Shown: piece by piece, positions 20,150-31,134 of the stretch | How the letters are laid out: every line of letters starts with the position of its first letter | Numbering within the stretch: the stretch's first letter is position 1 | DNA from: Planctomycetota bacterium | GTDB lineage: Bacteria > Planctomycetota > PLA2 > JAEUHO01 | Assembly (NCBI GenBank): GCA_050248855.1 | Contig: JBFWRP010000002.1 | Span: 1-64,000, forward strand | Reading direction: 5' to 3' | DNA length: 64,000 bases | Translations under genes and position numbers: made by a program | Notes under the pieces: model-generated | Databases searched by the model: none | What the model was told of the DNA's origin: nothing | The model's input: the letters and a program-made list of their open reading frames with translations, nothing else

Positions 20150-23100
20150 GTGCCGACGACGAAGCCCAGCGCGGCGAGTCTCCTTGCCATCCTGACCAAG
20201 GCTCGGCTCGTGGACCTCGGCCGAGAGTACGGCCTCTCGGTTCGGTCGGACGTGACCAAGGACGAGCAGATCCGGCACCTCACCGGCGACGACGGACTGA
20301 CCATCGATCAGGCCCTGCGCTGGATGGGACGAGAGGAACTCCGTGCGGCCTGCCGCGCTCACGGCCTTGATGACTCCGGAAGGGCGCGGGCGGGACTGGC
20401 CAAGCGACTCGCCGAAGTCGCGGGCGTCGATGAGGCAGCCGCCGCCATTCCCCTCTTCAGGCCCCGCATGGGCTCCAAGGACGTTCCGCATGCGGGGGAC
20501 ATCGCCCAGGTGCGCCACCGCCAGTATCTGGTCGAGAAGGTCATCCCGCCTCCGGACGGAGGTCATGCAACGCTCGTCCAGTTGGTGTGCCTGGACGACG
20601 ACGACCAGGGCAGGCCCCTGGAGGTGCTCTGGGAACTCGAACTTGGCGCCCGCATCCTCCATCCGGAGGTGCATGGGCTAGGCGAGATCCGAAGCCTCGA
20701 CAGTCCCAGGCGGTTCGGAGCCTACCTCCACACCCTCAAGTGGAACGCGGTCACCGCGACTGATGCTCGGTTGTTCCAGGCTCCGTTCCGTGCGGGCATC
20801 CGCATTCTCGATCATCAACTCACGCCGTTGAAGAAGGCGCTGGAACTTCCACGTGCCAACCTCTTCATCGCAGACGATGTCGGTCTCGGCAAGACCATCG
20901 AGGCCGGGTTGGTGCTCCAGGAACTGATCCTGCGACAGCGCGTCCGGTTCACGGTCGTTGTCGCCCCTGCCGCGATCTGCCTCCAGTGGCGCGACGAGAT
21001 GGAGAAGCGCTTCGGTCTCCACTTCGAGATCTACAATCGCAAGTTCGTTGCCCGCCGCCGTCAGGAGCGGGGCTTCCAGGTCAACCCCTGGACGACGCAC
21101 AATCACTTCATCATCTCTTACCCTCTACTGCGGCGGCCCGAGTACCGAGATCCCCTCATCCAGCGCTTGGAGGAGCATGGCCACAGACTCCCCAAGAGCC
21201 TGCTGATCCTCGATGAGGCCCACACGTGCGCACCCGCTACGGCCAGCCGGTACGCGACCGACTCGCGGATCACCAAGGTGGTCCGTGACATGGCTCCCCG
21301 CTTCGAGAACCGCCTGTTCCTAAGCGCCACGCCCCACAACGGCCACTCCAACAGTTTCTCGTCCCTGCTCCACATCCTCGACCCCCAGCGCTTCACACCC
21401 GGGGTACCCGCGGGTGGCGTGGCTCGACTCAGGCCCGTCATGGTGCGGCGCCTCAAGGAGGACCTCCGCCAGGTAGGCGCGGGCGAGTTCCCCATCCGTG
21501 ACGTGATCCCCATCTCGCTTCGCCACGATGGGGGAGCGTGGTCCTGTCGATTTGGGGCCTCCGATCCAATCCCGCTGGCGCCTTACGACGCACTCGAACT
21601 GGAGTTGTCGGACCTACTCGCCGAGTACACCACCCTGATGAGGCCGAAGAAGGGGCGGGGTCGGTTGGTCTTCATCAACCTCCAGAAGCGATTGCTCTCC
21701 AGTGTCGAGGCGTTCATCCGGACCTTGCGGGTTCACGTTCGTGGCTTGGGCAAGCAGACCAGTGGAACAGAGGTGCTGGCCCACCGGCTTGCGGAAGGAG
21801 ATGACGACGAGTACGGGGAGGATGAGGATGCTCAGGACCAGATGGATGCCGAGGCCGTTGAGTCGGCTACCGCGGCCCTGAGTTCACCCGCGGAGCGTGC
21901 CGGGCTGGTTCTTGCTCGGATGCAGGAGATCGCCGAGCAGAAGCGCTCTGCGGCCGATGCCAAGGTGCTGGCGCTCCTGCACTGGATCCGCCGCCACCAA
22001 TGTCCCGCCGTCATGCTTGGTGGAGCCGCGGGGTCGAAGGATGAACGCGCTTGGACCGGAGCGCGGGTCATCGTGTTCACGGAGTACGGAGACACGAAAC
22101 GTTATCTCCTTGAGATCCTCCGGACGGCCTTCGAGGGTACCGACCTGGGAGCGGAGCGCATCCTCCAGTTCCATGGGGGCATGGGAGACGATCAGCGAGA
22201 CGCCGTCCAGCGTGCGTTCAATAGCCCTCCGGATGAGCACCCCGTCCGGGTACTGATCGCGACCGACGCTGCCCGGGAGGGCGTGAACCTTCAGGGCCAC
22301 TGCGCCGATCTGTTCCACTTCGACGTTCCGTGGAACCCAGCCCGAATGGAACAGCGGAACGGCCGCATCGATCGCACGCTCCAGCCCTCGAAACACGTTC
22401 GCTGCCACTACTTCCTCTACGCCCAGCGCCGGGAGGACCTAGTCCTCCAGAAACTCGTGGAGAAGGTAGCGACCATCCAAGCGGAACTCGGATCCCTGGG
22501 TGCGGTGTTGATGAGCCGCATGGCTTCCGCCCTCGATGACGGCATTGGTACGGATACTGAGCAGGCCCTGGAGTTCGCGTCCGACGCTTCGGAGCGTGCT
22601 GAGGTCGTCAAGGAGGAACTCGAAGCACCTCGACGCGATCTGGATGAGTTGAAGCGTGAAATCGACGAGGCCGGGAAGATCCTCAACGGGTCTCGGAGCA
22701 TCGTGGAGTTCGACCACGCGCTCCTGCGCGAAGCCATCGATGCCGGGCTGGACTTGGTTGGCTTGCCTCCGCTGGTTTCGCTGGACTTGGGTGACGAGAA
22801 GATCGCTCGCTTCCGATTGCCTGAGATGCCTCCGGCATGGCAGGAGACGGTGGACGTACTTCGTCCCGCTCGCCAGGGCGATGAGCCGATCTGGGAGTGG
22901 CGTCGTCGGCCTCCCCTTCCTGTGGTGTTCAAACCGCCGAGGCGGATGAATGATGCGCTCGTTCAGTTGCATCTTGAGCACCCGTTCGTTCGCCGTGTAC
23001 TCTCCAGATTCCGGTCTCAGGGCTACAGCGCCAACGACCTCAGCAGGGTGACCGTTGTCCGCAATCCGCATGACTCGATCGCTCGTGTCATCGCCTTCGG

Positions 23101-23695
23101 CCGCCTCTCCCTGTTCGGGGCTGGCGCAGCACGGCTGCACGACCGGCTCATATCCGTCGCCGCGCAGTGGTTGGAGTCCGGCGGGGCTGGACACCTCCGT
23201 CCCTTCGCGGACCGTGCCGACCGTCGCGCCATCGAGCGGCTGGAGGAGTTGCTGGCCCATGCGCAGGAAATGGACCCTGTCTCGGATTTGATCCAGGCAC
23301 GATTGGTCTCGTCAGCAGCGGCTGACTTCGCCAGTCTCTGGACGCACATACAGGATGAGGCCGACCATCAGTCCCAGGAAGCCGAGGTGCTGCTTCGCAG
23401 GCGGGGCGATGACGAGGCTGCTGCGCTCAAGCGGATTCTTGAAGCGCAGAGGCAGACCATCTCCAAGACGCTGAAAACTCGCTCTCAAACCCAGACCCTA
23501 CTGCGTTTCCTGGAGACCGAGGGCGACCAGCGCGAGCAGTACGAGGAGGATAGCCGTTACATGCAGGGTCGCTTGGCGGCGATTGACGACGAGACCGAGA
23601 GGGAGCCCGCGCAGATCAAGGATCTGTACAACGTGCTGCTGCGGCGGTTGGAGCCTGTAGGGCTCGTCTATCTCTGGCCGGAGACACGCGCATGA
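20150..23695 (+). CDS. drmD: DISARM SNF2-like helicase DrmD
   Basis: FQAPFRAGI, LFIADDVGLGKTIEAG, ILDEAH, LSATPHNG, ATDAAREGVNLQ and PWNPARMEQRNGRIDR. First gene of a five-gene operon. Confidence 0.93.
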   Translation: MPTTKPSAASLLAILTKARLVDLGREYGLSVRSDVTKDEQIRHLTGDDGLTIDQALRWMGREELRAACRAHGLDDSGRARAGLAKRLAEVAGVDEAAAAIPLFRPRMGSKDVPHAGDIAQVRHRQYLVEKVIPPPDGGHATLVQLVCLDDDDQGRPLEVLWELELGARILHPEVHGLGEIRSLDSPRRFGAYLHTLKWNAVTATDARLFQAPFRAGIRILDHQLTPLKKALELPRANLFIADDVGLGKTIEAGLVLQELILRQRVRFTVVVAPAAICLQWRDEMEKRFGLHFEIYNRKFVARRRQERGFQVNPWTTHNHFIISYPLLRRPEYRDPLIQRLEEHGHRLPKSLLILDEAHTCAPATASRYATDSRITKVVRDMAPRFENRLFLSATPHNGHSNSFSSLLHILDPQRFTPGVPAGGVARLRPVMVRRLKEDLRQVGAGEFPIRDVIPISLRHDGGAWSCRFGASDPIPLAPYDALELELSDLLAEYTTLMRPKKGRGRLVFINLQKRLLSSVEAFIRTLRVHVRGLGKQTSGTEVLAHRLAEGDDDEYGEDEDAQDQMDAEAVESATAALSSPAERAGLVLARMQEIAEQKRSAADAKVLALLHWIRRHQCPAVMLGGAAGSKDERAWTGARVIVFTEYGDTKRYLLEILRTAFEGTDLGAERILQFHGGMGDDQRDAVQRAFNSPPDEHPVRVLIATDAAREGVNLQGHCADLFHFDVPWNPARMEQRNGRIDRTLQPSKHVRCHYFLYAQRREDLVLQKLVEKVATIQAELGSLGAVLMSRMASALDDGIGTDTEQALEFASDASERAEVVKEELEAPRRDLDELKREIDEAGKILNGSRSIVEFDHALLREAIDAGLDLVGLPPLVSLDLGDEKIARFRLPEMPPAWQETVDVLRPARQGDEPIWEWRRRPPLPVVFKPPRRMNDALVQLHLEHPFVRRVLSRFRSQGYSANDLSRVTVVRNPHDSIARVIAFGRLSLFGAGAARLHDRLISVAAQWLESGGAGHLRPFADRADRRAIERLEELLAHAQEMDPVSDLIQARLVSSAAADFASLWTHIQDEADHQSQEAEVLLRRRGDDEAAALKRILEAQRQTISKTLKTRSQTQTLLRFLETEGDQREQYEEDSRYMQGRLAAIDDETEREPAQIKDLYNVLLRRLEPVGLVYLWPETRA

Positions 23696-26600
23696 GTTCG
23701 GCCGAGGTCCGATTCCACGAAGAGTGGCTCGGCATGGTGCAGCCCATCGACGGCCTGGTGGTCTCGATCCCCGTCCTCGTGGACACCGAGTGTGTCAGTC
23801 GCCAGCCGCCGAGCCTTCAGCGCGAGTTTCTCGAACTGTGCTCCGGAGACGGCGGCGAGGACGAGCCGATCCGAATCCGCGACTTCGGGCTCTTCCTGGA
23901 GCGGATCCTGAAAATCACGGACGACTGGTACGACCTCGGGGATGAGGTTCCTGAGGAACTTGCGCTCTACGTGCCTGAGGGGAAGCAGAAGGTCCGGCCC
24001 ACGATGGCGCTGCGGCGCTCGGATCCGCAGAAGGCCGTTGCTGGAGACCCGCTGCCCGAGGCAGAGGAAACGTCCGCCACCAGGCGCGGACGGGATTACC
24101 TCGCCCTCGTATGGGACCTCCCTCCTGGATTGGCGCTCGACAAGCCGGAGACGGAGACCGGCCCCTGGGAGTACCCGCCCGCCGCCAAGTTCGACCGACT
24201 CCTGCGCCACTGCCGCGTCCCCATCGGGCTTCTCACTAACCGTGAGGTGATCCGACTAATCTACGCACCCCACGGGGAGTCAACCGGGTCCATTACATTT
24301 CGTGTAGAGGACATGGCTACCGTCGGCGGTCGGCCCATCCTCGACGCGCTCGTGATGCTGTTCTCTGTATCGCGCCTGTATGCCGTGGCGCCAGATAGGC
24401 AACTGCCAGCGATCTTGGCGGCCAGTCGGCGCAGGCAGGCCGATGTGACGGACGCGCTCTCCGGGCAGGTGTTCGAGGCCCTCCAGGTTCTTCTCGCAGG
24501 CTTCGAGAGCGCCGCCGAGAGGGACGGATGGCTGCACCTGAGTGACGCCCTCCAGCGCGACGATGACCACCTGTACGGAGGTCTCCTCACCGCCCTACTT
24601 CGGATCGTCTTCCTGCTCTACGCGGAGGACCGAGGTCTCCTTCCCGTTGAGCATCCTCTCTATGCCGAGAACTTCAGCGTGCTCGGCCTCTTCGACCGGC
24701 TCCAGAGCGACAAGGGCCACTACCCGGACTCCATGGACCGCCGGTTTGGCGCGTGGCACCGCCTCGTTTCCCTCTTCCGCGCCGTGTTCCTTGGTGTCGA
24801 GCACGGCGACTTCAGGATGCCCTCCCGGCGCGGGCAGTTGTTCGACCCGCACCAGTTCCCCTTCCTTGAGGGCTGGGGGCCGGGGGGTAGCGCGCCAATC
24901 AACGACCCCGAGGCCCGTGCAGCCACCCGGGTGCCAAGCATCGACGACGGCACGGTCTACGGGGTGCTGGAACGTCTGCTGGTCCTAGAGGGGCAGCGGC
25001 TGTCCTACCGTGCGCTCGACGTAGAGGAAATCGGGAGCGTCTATGAGGCGCTGATGGGCTACCACGTACAGCGTTTGCCCGGACCGGCTGTCTGCATGAA
25101 GCCCGCAGGAGTCTGGCTGACATCCGCGGAGGTCTTGGAGCAGCCTTCGGGCGCTCGTGCGCGGTGGCTCTCAAACCACGTTGGTCTGTCCAGCAGCCAG
25201 GCACGCACGCTGGCAAGCGAGATCCGTGCGGCCGGGAACGACAATGACGTGCTCGCGGCCCTGGAGACCCTCAAGAAGCCTCGCACCGATCGGATGCTGG
25301 CGGGCCGCCTCGTTCTACAGCCTGGCGCAGAGCGGCGCCGGTCCGGAAGCCACTACACGCCCCGAAGCCTGACCGAGCCGATCGTCCGTCGCACACTCCA
25401 GCCCCTGATCGAGGCGATGGGCGGAGAGCCGTCGTCCGAGGCGATCCTGGAACTCAAGGTCTGTGACCCCGCGATGGGGTCAGGGGCGTTCCTCGTTGAG
25501 GCCTGCCGCTTCCTGGCAGACCAGGTCGTCGCGGCTTGGACCCGAGAGGGACGACTTGACATGGTGGCTGCCGAGGGTGAGGAGGCCGTACTGATAGCGC
25601 GACGGCTCGTCGCCCAGCGCTGTCTCTACGGCGTGGACCTCAACCCCTTCGCCGTGAACCTCGCGAAGTTGTCCATGTGGCTCGTCACCTTGGCCAGGGA
25701 CTTGCCGTTCACGTTCCTTGACCATGCCCTTCGGCACGGCGACTCCCTTGTCGGTCTCACTCTCGACCAGATCCTTGCGTTTCACTGGAAGCCGCAGGGA
25801 CAAATCGAATTCGTCCGCAAGGAGATCGAGGCGGCCCTGGCCGAGGCCCTCCCCTGCCGGGAGCGCATCCTTCAACGGGCTGGTGATGTGACGCCCGAGG
25901 GGCAGCGTGCCAAGGAACACGATCTCCAGGACGCGGAGGACGCGCTGGATCGCGTGCGCCTGATCGGGGACCTTGTTGTCGGTGCTTTCTTCGACGAGCC
26001 GTCAGACCGGGCTCGCCAGCGTGAGCGCGATCAGCGCAGGACGCTGGTTGAGAATTGGCTCCGCGCTGGGAACGGGGCTCCGCCAGAGGCCCGTGGCCTA
26101 CAGGAGGAGATCCGCGCTCGCCATCCAACGTTTCATTGGCCACTGGAGTTCCCCGAGGTCTTTGGTCTGAACCGCAGAGATCCGTTGTCAGGCACCGGGA
26201 ACGGCGGTGTCGCATGGTTTGATGCGTTTCTCGGCAATCCCCCATTCATGGGTGGAAGCAGCATCTCTGGGAATCTCGGAGGCGCCTACAGAGACTGGCT
26301 TCTTGCTGTACACGACGGAGCGCACGGCAACGCCGACTACTCAGCCCACTTCTTCCGGCGAACGGCGGTGCTCCTCGGCACACACGGTACTGTTGGCTTG
26401 ATTGCTACGAACACAATCGCGCAGGGGGACACGCGAACCACGGGTCTCCAGAGGCTCATCCATGAGGGATTCGTCGTGCGGGACGCCGTGCGGAGCATGG
26501 CTTGGCCGGGCGCTGCCTCTGTGTCGGTGTCAGTTGTACATCTCGCCAGGGGTGTGCCAGCCAAATCGGCCACCCCGAAGTCGCTTGACGATGTGGTCGT

Positions 26601-27726
26601 GCGGTACATCAATTCCCAACTTCGCTCGGGTGCCGAACTCCCCGATCCTCATCGCCTTCGATCCAACGAGGCCCTGAGTTTCCTTGGTAGCAAGATCTAT
26701 GGCCAGGGCTTCCTGCTTACGCCAGAGGAGCGTGATGCTCTCGTCGCAAGGGATCGGCGCAATGAGAAGTGCATTTTCCCCTACCTCGGCGGCGAAGAGG
26801 TGAACAGCACACCGACACAGACCTATCATCGTTACGTGATCGACTTCGGGAGCATGACCCTTGAGGAGGCTGAGCGATGGCCAGACCTGATTCAGATCGT
26901 GCGCGAACGGGTTAAGCCTGAGCGTGATCGACTAGCGCGAACTGGAATCGCTGGGAAGAGGCGTCGGTACTGGTGGCAGTTCGGCAGTGCGTCACCCACC
27001 TTGCGGCTCCGTCTCTCTGAACTCGCATGCTGTATGGTCACGTCGTGTCACTCGAAACACCTGATGTTCTCGTTTCAGCCGCCGGGCCGGGTGTTCTCGC
27101 ATGGGCTGATGGTCTTCCTCCTGGCTAGTTGCTCGCCGTTTGGAGTGATGCAGTCTAGGACTCACGAGGCGTGGGTTCGCTTGCGATCGTCTTCGCTGGA
27201 AGATCGCCTTAGGTACAGCGCGACGGACTGCTTCTTGAACTTCCCATTCCCCAAGTGCGATCCACGAGCCGAGTTCCCCGCAATCACAGAGGTTGGGACG
27301 CGACTGTACGACGCCCGTGCCAACTACATGGTCGAGACCAACCAGGGTCTTACCGCGACGTACAACCTGCTCAAGGATCCAGCCTGCAACGAATTGGCAA
27401 TCCACGACCTCCGCAAACTCCACCTCGAACTCGATCGAGCCGTCATCGAGGCCTACGGGTGGCCTGTTTCCGACGATCCGGAGCGGGGCATCGTCGTCCC
27501 TCCATACACGGCGCCGACCACGCCGGAGGAAGAGAAGGTGGTGGCGGTGTTCGAGGAAGCCGTCCTTGGCCGTCTATTCGCCCTGAATGCAGCGCGGGCG
27601 AAGGAAGAGGCAAAGGCGCAGGCGAGAGCCGCCTCCCCCACGTCTGCATCCAAGACGAAGCCAAAGGATCGCAAAGGGAGGGCCGAGCGTGACGAGCCTC
27701 TTTTCCCTGGCACGCCAGGCGAGTAG
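23692..27726 (+). CDS. drmMI: DISARM class I adenine methyltransferase DrmMI
   Basis: RRRSGSHYTPRSLT, KVCDPAMGSGAFL, FHWPLEFPEVF, GNPPF and a MmeI-like C-terminal specificity region. ATGA overlap with drmD. Confidence 0.9.
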   Translation: MSSAEVRFHEEWLGMVQPIDGLVVSIPVLVDTECVSRQPPSLQREFLELCSGDGGEDEPIRIRDFGLFLERILKITDDWYDLGDEVPEELALYVPEGKQKVRPTMALRRSDPQKAVAGDPLPEAEETSATRRGRDYLALVWDLPPGLALDKPETETGPWEYPPAAKFDRLLRHCRVPIGLLTNREVIRLIYAPHGESTGSITFRVEDMATVGGRPILDALVMLFSVSRLYAVAPDRQLPAILAASRRRQADVTDALSGQVFEALQVLLAGFESAAERDGWLHLSDALQRDDDHLYGGLLTALLRIVFLLYAEDRGLLPVEHPLYAENFSVLGLFDRLQSDKGHYPDSMDRRFGAWHRLVSLFRAVFLGVEHGDFRMPSRRGQLFDPHQFPFLEGWGPGGSAPINDPEARAATRVPSIDDGTVYGVLERLLVLEGQRLSYRALDVEEIGSVYEALMGYHVQRLPGPAVCMKPAGVWLTSAEVLEQPSGARARWLSNHVGLSSSQARTLASEIRAAGNDNDVLAALETLKKPRTDRMLAGRLVLQPGAERRRSGSHYTPRSLTEPIVRRTLQPLIEAMGGEPSSEAILELKVCDPAMGSGAFLVEACRFLADQVVAAWTREGRLDMVAAEGEEAVLIARRLVAQRCLYGVDLNPFAVNLAKLSMWLVTLARDLPFTFLDHALRHGDSLVGLTLDQILAFHWKPQGQIEFVRKEIEAALAEALPCRERILQRAGDVTPEGQRAKEHDLQDAEDALDRVRLIGDLVVGAFFDEPSDRARQRERDQRRTLVENWLRAGNGAPPEARGLQEEIRARHPTFHWPLEFPEVFGLNRRDPLSGTGNGGVAWFDAFLGNPPFMGGSSISGNLGGAYRDWLLAVHDGAHGNADYSAHFFRRTAVLLGTHGTVGLIATNTIAQGDTRTTGLQRLIHEGFVVRDAVRSMAWPGAASVSVSVVHLARGVPAKSATPKSLDDVVVRYINSQLRSGAELPDPHRLRSNEALSFLGSKIYGQGFLLTPEERDALVARDRRNEKCIFPYLGGEEVNSTPTQTYHRYVIDFGSMTLEEAERWPDLIQIVRERVKPERDRLARTGIAGKRRRYWWQFGSASPTLRLRLSELACCMVTSCHSKHLMFSFQPPGRVFSHGLMVFLLASCSPFGVMQSRTHEAWVRLRSSSLEDRLRYSATDCFLNFPFPKCDPRAEFPAITEVGTRLYDARANYMVETNQGLTATYNLLKDPACNELAIHDLRKLHLELDRAVIEAYGWPVSDDPERGIVVPPYTAPTTPEEEKVVAVFEEAVLGRLFALNAARAKEEAKAQARAASPTSASKTKPKDRKGRAERDEPLFPGTPGE

Positions 27727-27747
27727 GACACTAGCCATCCCCGCACC

Positions 27748-30700
27748 GTGAGAGTCATGACAACCCCCTTCATCACCTCCGCTCCCCGTGACCATCTCGT
27801 TAATGCCCTTGAGGCAGACCTTGTGGGGCCCTTCAGCCCCGATCCGGATGCCCACGCCACCTCTGATGAGGTTCTCCAGGTCCCGCCGTCGCGGTGGTAC
27901 GTGACCGGCTATCTCGCTCCATGCGGAGACCAGGACCCGGAGGACCCCACTGCCGACGAGGAAATGGGCTCAGGATCCGACGAGGAGGAAGACGAGTCAG
28001 CGGGGAACGAGCCTGAGCCAAAGGCCAAGCGCCGCTTCCCCTCGTCCATGGGCATGAGTCTCCTGCTCCCGGCCCCTGACGGGGTGGAGGCTGTCGCGGC
28101 CACCGTCGCTTGGGCCGACTACGTCCCCGAGGTCCGCGTGCTGGATGAAGGGAAGCGCGGGCGCACCGTGTGGCGGCGTGTTCCCCGTGATCCCATCACC
28201 GTCAACGTGCCAATTGACGCGCACGTGATCGAGGCAGGTGTGGACGTGCCAGGAGGGGGCGGCCTCGTCATGAAGGGGCGCCTACGCCCAGCAGACGCTC
28301 CCGGCTTGGCGCAGGGAACCCGTGCGTTGGCCCTATTCCTCGTCAACCAGCGCGTGCCGGGCGAGAAGAGCCAGAGGGACGCGCAGTTCGCGTTCCAGGT
28401 CCGGCTGGATGTGGAGTACCAACGCGGCTTCGTCGCCCGATCGAACCGACGCGACGAGGGCGGCCCGGACTGGGACGACCGTGTAGCCGACCTCCACTAC
28501 CGCGACCGAACGGAGTACGCCGTTGGTCACGGCGTCTCGGTGGAGGTGCCGCCTCAGGACGGGCCGGTGAGGCGAGTCAGGACGGCCTGGCTGCCTCGGG
28601 CAGAGGTGCGGCCCCTCCGCCATCGTCAGCAGCCCGGCGTCGTCGTGGCCATGGAGGCCCTGGCAGGACTGGAGGACGCCGCGTCCGTGCGCCAGGCACT
28701 TGCCGGACTACCGGCTGCCTACGTCGAGTGGATCGCCGCGCAGCGTGCCATCGAGCCTGGCACCGAACCTCGCCGCAGGGTGCGTGACGTGCTTCTGGGT
28801 CAGGCCGAGGAGGCGGCGCGGCGGATCCAGGAGGGCATCCAAGTTCTGGAGGTGAACGACGAAGCACGCACGGCCTTCCGTCTCGCCAACGCCGCCATGG
28901 CGACCTCGGCGCGAAGGGGCAACCCTGGTCGCTACGCAGAGGGGCAGAGGCCCACGTGGCGTCTGTTCCAGTTGGGCTTTCTATTGCTGAACATTCCAGG
29001 CCTCGTGCATCCGGGCCATAAGGACCGAGACCGAGTCGAATTGATCTTCTTCCCCACCGGCGGTGGCAAGTCGGAGGCGTATCTCGGCGTCATCGCCTTC
29101 ACGCTGCTGCTCCGCCGGATGCGGGGCGCGAAGCGCGCTGACGGCGGCCTCGGTGTGGCAGTGCTGCTGCGCTACACCCTGCGTCTCCTGACCCTTGACC
29201 AGTTGGCTCGCGCCGCCACGTTGGTCTGCGCCTTGGAGCAACTTCGCCAGAATCGGATGGATCTCCTGGGAGAGGTGCGCTTCGCCATCGGCCTCTGGGT
29301 CGGGCGGACTGCCACGGCCAACACGCTTGCTGAGGTCGCCGAGAAGATCCTCACATACAAGGCCGCTCAGTCATCGAACGCCCCCTCGCCGTTCCCTCTC
29401 GCGGACTGTCCTTGGTGTCAGACCGCGCTGACGCGAGACAGCCTCGACCCCCGTCCCAGCAAGACCAACATCCAAGAGGTCGTCGTCGGGTGCGTGAATC
29501 CCAATTGTGAGTTCTCCGCCAGCAGGAACGAGGAGGGCCTCCCGATCCTGTTTGTGGATGAGCAGGTCTACCGGGAACTCCCTGCCTTCCTCATCTCGAC
29601 CGTGGACAAGTTTGCGATGCTGCCTTGGCGAGGCGAGACGGCGATGCTCTTTGGGCGCGTGTCTGGACGCACGGAGAAACAGTTCTTCGGGGCGCTCCAC
29701 CAGCAGGCCGGACAGGTGAGCCTGCCAGAAGGGGTTCCGGCTCCGGAACTCATTGTCCAGGACGAGTTGCACCTGATTTCGGGTCCCCTCGGCACCATGG
29801 TCGGCCTGTACGAGTCCGCCATCGAGGGGCTGTGTCGTGGTGCAGGCGGCGACACACTCGGGCCGAGGCCCAAGATTCTTGCCTCCACCGCAACCGTGCG
29901 ACGAGCGGCCGAGCAGTGCCGGGCCTTGTTTGGACGTGAGGACGTGCGGTTGTTCCCGCCGCCGGGTACGGACGCTCTTGATACGTGGTTCGCGGATGTG
30001 GACGACGCTGCGGATGGGCGGCTGTACGTCGGGCTGGCTGCATCGGGGTGGCCGCTGCGCAAACTGCTGGTTCGGACCTACGACACGCTGCTCGCGGGGG
30101 CCGCCCATTCCTACGAGGCGGCTGGTGACGCGAAGCACGTCGCGGACGCCTACATGACACTCGTGGGCTACTTCAACAGCCTCCGTGAACTGGGCGGGAT
30201 GCGCCGCCTTGTCGAGGACGAGGTGCGCGTCCGTGTCGCGATGGGGGAGAAGCGGCGCCCACTGGACTTCGAGGGACAACACCCATGGAGCCGGGATCGT
30301 CGGATCCAGGTGGAGCCGACGGAGTTGACCAGCCGCGAGCCTACGAACCGCGTCGCGGAGACAAGGAGGCGCCTCCGGCTGCCTCACTCGATGAAGGAGC
30401 ACGTGGACGTGCTGTTGGCCAGCAACATGATCTCCGTGGGTATCGACGTGGATCGTCTCGGACTCATGGCTGTCGCCGGACAGCCCAAGACCACGAGCGA
30501 ATACATCCAGGCGACCAGCCGCGTGGGCCGCCAGGCTGACCGCCCAGGGCTGGTCGTCACATGCTTCAACGTCTATCGGCCTCGTGATCGCTCGCACTAC
30601 GAACGCTTCTCTGCGTATCACGAGTCGTTCTACCGATGGGTCGAGACGAGTAGCCTGACCCCCTTCTCGGGACCCGCGTTGGATCGCGGGCTGGCAGGCA

Positions 30701-31134
30701 CCCTTGTCGCGCTGACCCGGCTATCGCATCGGATCATGACCCCGCCTCTGGGAGCCATGGCGATCCAGTCTCCAGAGCGAAGGGCCGTGGCGGAGAAGAT
30801 GGCTGACCTCCTTTCAGGGCGGGCGGCGCTCCAGCATCGCGACGAGAAGAGCCAGGAGCGTGCGGGCAACGAGGTGATGGACCGCTGTCGCAACCTCTTG
30901 GATGCCTGGGATAGCCTCGTGAAGAGCGCCCGCGAGGGAGCGGGGAACCGCACCTACTCCCGGTTCGACCGGCAGCGGCCAGACGGCCGTCCGCTCCTGT
31001 TCATGTCCGTGGATGAGGGAAGACCGCCCGACGGTACGGATGACGCCAAGTTTTGTGCGCCTACCTCGATGCGCGACGTGGAGTCGTCCGCCCACCTCTG
31101 GCTCCAGAGGGGAACGCTTGGAGGAAGGGTCTGA
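27748..31134 (+). CDS. drmA: DISARM helicase DrmA
   Basis: WRLFQLGF, FFPTGGGKSEAY, RYTLRLLTLDQ, QDELHLISGPLGT, NMISVGIDVDRLGLM and YIQATSRVGR. Confidence 0.93.
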   Translation: MRVMTTPFITSAPRDHLVNALEADLVGPFSPDPDAHATSDEVLQVPPSRWYVTGYLAPCGDQDPEDPTADEEMGSGSDEEEDESAGNEPEPKAKRRFPSSMGMSLLLPAPDGVEAVAATVAWADYVPEVRVLDEGKRGRTVWRRVPRDPITVNVPIDAHVIEAGVDVPGGGGLVMKGRLRPADAPGLAQGTRALALFLVNQRVPGEKSQRDAQFAFQVRLDVEYQRGFVARSNRRDEGGPDWDDRVADLHYRDRTEYAVGHGVSVEVPPQDGPVRRVRTAWLPRAEVRPLRHRQQPGVVVAMEALAGLEDAASVRQALAGLPAAYVEWIAAQRAIEPGTEPRRRVRDVLLGQAEEAARRIQEGIQVLEVNDEARTAFRLANAAMATSARRGNPGRYAEGQRPTWRLFQLGFLLLNIPGLVHPGHKDRDRVELIFFPTGGGKSEAYLGVIAFTLLLRRMRGAKRADGGLGVAVLLRYTLRLLTLDQLARAATLVCALEQLRQNRMDLLGEVRFAIGLWVGRTATANTLAEVAEKILTYKAAQSSNAPSPFPLADCPWCQTALTRDSLDPRPSKTNIQEVVVGCVNPNCEFSASRNEEGLPILFVDEQVYRELPAFLISTVDKFAMLPWRGETAMLFGRVSGRTEKQFFGALHQQAGQVSLPEGVPAPELIVQDELHLISGPLGTMVGLYESAIEGLCRGAGGDTLGPRPKILASTATVRRAAEQCRALFGREDVRLFPPPGTDALDTWFADVDDAADGRLYVGLAASGWPLRKLLVRTYDTLLAGAAHSYEAAGDAKHVADAYMTLVGYFNSLRELGGMRRLVEDEVRVRVAMGEKRRPLDFEGQHPWSRDRRIQVEPTELTSREPTNRVAETRRRLRLPHSMKEHVDVLLASNMISVGIDVDRLGLMAVAGQPKTTSEYIQATSRVGRQADRPGLVVTCFNVYRPRDRSHYERFSAYHESFYRWVETSSLTPFSGPALDRGLAGTLVALTRLSHRIMTPPLGAMAIQSPERRAVAEKMADLLSGRAALQHRDEKSQERAGNEVMDRCRNLLDAWDSLVKSAREGAGNRTYSRFDRQRPDGRPLLFMSVDEGRPPDGTDDAKFCAPTSMRDVESSAHLWLQRGTLGGRV

